A stretch of 64,000 nucleotides of DNA, taken from NCBI RefSeq assembly GCF_016433145.1, contig NC_058130.1, positions 708,556,629 to 708,620,628 on the forward strand, read 5' to 3'. Below the pieces are notes generated by a model. The model was not told the DNA's origin. It worked only from the letters and a program-made list of their open reading frames with translations, and searched no databases. The stretch is from Gracilinanus agilis (Eukaryota). Shown in pieces: positions 60,121 to 64,000 of this stretch (its first letter is position 1; every line of letters starts with the position of its first letter). The position numbers and the translations under genes were made by a program.

Positions 60121-61666
60121 GAAGTGCTCCTTACAAGGCCAATCTGGGCAGAGGGGCCAGCAGTCACTGGTTGGTGGGTAGGGGTTCGAAATTGCTCTGG
60201 TTCTAGATTCAGCCCAGCTCATTCGCTCCTCTCCCAGGCTGTACTCCCTTCCCCCACCTTGACTTGTAAAGCTCTATGTGTGTGGGGGAATTATGTTAAT
60301 TACGATAATGCCAGTAATTAATGGCCTTTGAATCCCTAAGGTTGTTTGTTGGCCAGGCCCGGGAGATTCGAGTATGGGAGGTGGACGAACCTCGTCTTTC
60401 TGCTTTGGCCTCCCCGTGTTTGTACCCAGGCCCCCCCACTTCCCGCCTCCCCACAAAGTTCTCGGGTTGCTCGGGGAATAACCCCGACAACCTCCCTGGT
60501 GGAAAATTTGAGGAGAAACCTTGGAGAGGGGGCATCATTAGGATGGTGTTAGGAATTTTTGGCCAGTCCTGCTGATTCTGGGTCATTCGGCACCAGATCT
60601 GAGCAGGGGCTGAAGACGCTGGTTTCCCTGACTGGTCTTTGGGGTTTGTTTCTCAGGAACGCCTCAGAAATATGACCCAACATTCAAGGGCCCCATTTAC
60701 AACAGGTGAGATTGGGACTGATGGGGGAGGGAGGAAGGGTCCCCAGCTCCTTGCTGCTTAACCCCTCTCAGGTTCTCAATCCACCTTCCTTCCAGCCTCT
60801 TTTCCCATGCTAATTTCCCAATACTCTAGTTCCCTTGGGTCCTACTGGGCTCTTTTCATAGAATTTATTCTTTTTCAGCCCCTTGGTCCCTCCAGCATGC
60901 TATGCTCTGTTTCCTAGCTCTCTTGTCTCATCCCTGTCCCCTTATTTTTTTTGGTGGGGGAGTCCTCACAAGGTTGTCTGGCCTGACCTGTTTTTCCTTT
61001 TCAGGGGCTGCACCGATGTTATCTGCTGTGTGGCCCTGTTCATAGCCATTGTGGGCTATGTGGCTGTGGGCATTATAGGTACGTGGGGATTCCACAGTCC
61101 AGGGCATGATTCTGCAATTTTGTATATTTGATATTTTTCTGAGGGGTAAAAAAGATTACTCCAACCATTTGATTCAACAGACCCATTTAAGCACCTGCTG
61201 TGTGCTTTCAAATCCCCCACCTCAGTGCTGGGGACACCAAGGTGAAAAAAATCTCATGTACATTTCAGTTTAAAGACACAGGCATATATCAGTCAGTCAG
61301 CATTTTTGAGGTGCCTATGCCTATTCTGGGTCCCGCAATGTGCTGTGCAAAGGAAGGGAAGAGACAGTCCTTCCCCTGGTCTCCAGGGACTATAGCGTAT
61401 AGTGAAGTCTCCCACAGTCTAGGGGAGTGTGTGTGTGTCTGTTGTGTGTGTGCTAGAGGCAAAAAGGGAGGTCCAGTGAGAATGCCTGGAGACTACTTTC
61501 AGCTGAAGTGATGGAGGAAGATTTCATAGAAGAGATCTGGGCCTTGAAAGGACTACAGGAAGGATTTCTGGAGGCGGAGCAGAGAAGGAGGATGCTCTAG
61601 ATATGATGTAACCTGTGGAATACACAGACATAATGAAGCCTGGGAATGGCTAAGGGCAGTCTGGTG

Positions 61667-61745
<79 letters not shown>

Positions 61746-62766
61746 CTATATTGCTAAAGAGCTTTGAGTTTCACTTATCTTCACATCCACCCTGAAATGA
61801 GGGAGGGAGGGAGGCAGGCAGGCAGGCAATGTATATAAAATTGAGTGGGTTAGAGGTCGGGCTGTGTGTAATCTTCATTGTTCTCTAGCTTGAAATTCTT
61901 TGATTCTGTCTTTTTTGGAAACAGATTCAGAGAGAGTAAGCCATTTATCCCATGTTTTGGAGTTATTCCTCACCACCGCCTCTCCCTCTTAGTGTATAAA
62001 AGTCACATACCAGGTTTCCTGACTTCAAATGCCAGTGATTTTTCCATAGCACTCAGCCTTTGGGGGCCTTGGTGGTGGTGGTGGTGGTGGGGCAGCTGGG
62101 AGGGGTAGGGGATGTCAGACTCTTTTGCTTTGACTTCTCTCCAGCCTGGACCCATGGAGACCCCCGAAAGGTGATTTATCCTACAGACAGCCGTGGCCAG
62201 TTCTGTGGGCAGAAGGGGACACCTAATGAGTAGGTCTTTCCTAGCCTCCCTCCCCTCCCCTCCCAGCTCCCCATTTCCCCTGACCTTGGCTCCTAGGCTT
62301 TTCCAGCCAGTGTTTTAGCCCGTGGTGGGGAGGGAAGGTCTGGGTCCCGTGCATTGGCACTGGGAGTGATACCCTCCCCCATTCCTTGCATTGCCTTCCA
62401 GGAACAAGCCTTTCTTGTTTTACTTCAATATCCTGAAGTGTGCTAGTCCCTTGGTGCTGCTCGAGTTTCAGTGCCCAACCACGCAGGTAACTGACCCAAC
62501 AAACTCCAGCTTCAGTCCCTAGACTCAGGCTCCCTCTCCTCTCCTGTCCTGCTTCTGCTGGAGAGGTAGGGCAAGACCTAGAGCCAGCTCTGTGGGTGGT
62601 AGCCATAGTGTTGAGGGAAAACCTCTTATTCTCTTCCTTCCAGATCTGTGTGGAGAAATGTCCCTCTCGATATCTTACCTATCTCCTAGCCTCTACCCGC
62701 CCTCAGGACCTGGACTATTATAAAAACTTCTGTGTTCCTGAATTCAGCCAAAGTAAAACCAGGAAG
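59632..62766 (+). CDS. SLC44A2: Choline transporter-like protein 2 (CTL2), proximal-promoter isoform, partial (exons 1b, 2-6); gene continues beyond the window
   Basis: Exons 59632-59668 ([12 protein letters not shown]), 60657-60705 ([16 protein letters not shown]), 61005-61078 (RGCTDVICC), 62145-62229 ([26 protein letters not shown]), 62402-62486, 62644-62766 (ICVEKCP). GT-AG introns, frame continuous. Confidence 0.95.
61670..61743. repeat. (GA)37 microsatellite in SLC44A2 intron 3
   Basis: Perfect GA run of about 74 bp. Confidence 0.95.
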
Positions 62767-64000
62767 GTATGTGGGGCCCAGGGACCTACCAGAGAACCTA
62801 CCAGGAAAGTAGCTTCAGTGCCCAGGGGTCAAGAGTGAGGTTCCAGGCTGGTGGGGTGGGCATAAAAGGCCTCTGACAATGAGAGGCAAGGTACTGGAGG
62901 AGAAAGAGCTCTCACATTGGAGTCCTGGGCCTTTTGTTTACCAACAGTGAAAAGAACACCATCTCTGAATTTAAATCCTACCCTTGACTTTTTGTGCTTG
63001 TGTGTCCTTGGGCAAGTCTTGTACCTCTTCTGTTTTTTTTTTTTTTAATGAAGGGTTTGGACTAGATGTCCTCTAAGGATCCTTCTAGCTCTGCATCTAA
63101 GCTTCCTTGTGACCTGTCCGAATGTGGGAATTCACTTCCTTTCTGTGGGCCTAAGTTCCTTATCTGTAAAATTCAGCTGGGTGGAGGAGGGAGGAGTCGG
63201 ACTAAATAAATATGAATAAGCCTGTATCTGCATAGTGAGTGCTTTTAGAGTTCCCAAGGATTTTTCCTCACCCTTACCCTGGGATGGAAGGTGATGTAAA
63301 CATTATTCTCATTTTTGTGGGTGTCTCTAGACCTTGTGATTTCCTTAGTGTCAGGAAACTGTGGGGAAACTCTTCTCTGTGAATGCAATTTCTAGTCTTG
63401 AGTGTTGGTTGCACCTAGTTGAAGTGATTAGCCTAGGGCAGTCAGTGATGGTTAACCAAGTGCCCAAACTGCAACCCTCACGAAGCCTGTGAGCTGCCTC
63501 CTTACCCTGGACCAGGGAGGAAGGAAGTGCTCTCATTGGGCTGCTGGGCAGAGGGGCTGGGAATATGAGAAATGTCTTCAGGAACAGTGGAGAGGAGAGC
63601 AGCTATGCATGTGTGCCATAGGTTTGCCAAACAGGGGCTGAGGGTCACAAAGCCAGTATAGGCCGATCCACGTTGCCCCTCATCCTCATTTTGTCGTTAA
63701 CTGCTTTTGAGTCATTTCAATCATGTCTGACTCTTCCTGACTCCATTTGGGGTTTTCTTGGAAAACATACTAGACTGGTTTGCCATTTCCTTTTCCAGTT
63801 CATTTTATAGATGAGGAAATTGAGGCTGATGGGGTTAAGTGACTTGCCCAGGCTCAAAAACACAGCTAGGAAGTGTCTTGAGGCTGGATTTTAATTCAGG
63901 TCTTCCTGACCCCATGCCTGGCTCTCCTATCATTGTACCACCTAGCTGTCCACGTCATCTTAATCTTATAAATGAGGAACCTGAAGCTCAGAGGAGTCAA

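Overview
Mammalian genomic DNA, almost certainly marsupial. The SINE1/MAR1-type SINEs and hAT MITEs point to an opossum such as Monodelphis domestica (inferred, not looked up). The window carries the conserved ATG4D(+) - KRI1(-) - CDKN2D(-) - AP1M2(-) - SLC44A2(+, partial) block, syntenic with human 19p13.2. I rebuilt all exons by hand from splice signals and reading-frame continuity: ATG4D 10 exons/507 aa, KRI1 19 exons/741 aa, CDKN2D 2 coding exons/167 aa, AP1M2 12 exons/423 aa, and SLC44A2 with two alternative first exons plus exons 2-6. Introns and intergenic DNA are dense in SINEs, L1/L2/RTE fragments, hAT MITEs, a pogo-type DNA transposon and an ERV remnant. There is one 173-N assembly gap. 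The strongest oddity is AP1M2 intron 2, which has a minor-spliceosome (U12) signature but a GC 5' terminus (GCATCCTT...TTCCTTGAC...AG). Other notable items are a POGK/Passer-like pogo element with both TIRs nested in an L1, two copies of a hAT1-like MITE from a family known for horizontal transfer, 3n stop-free micro-introns in ATG4D, a strong-context uORF in the ATG4D leader, and a ZEB/Snail E-box cluster at the AP1M2 promoter. Repeat family names and human comparisons are from memory and need database confirmation.
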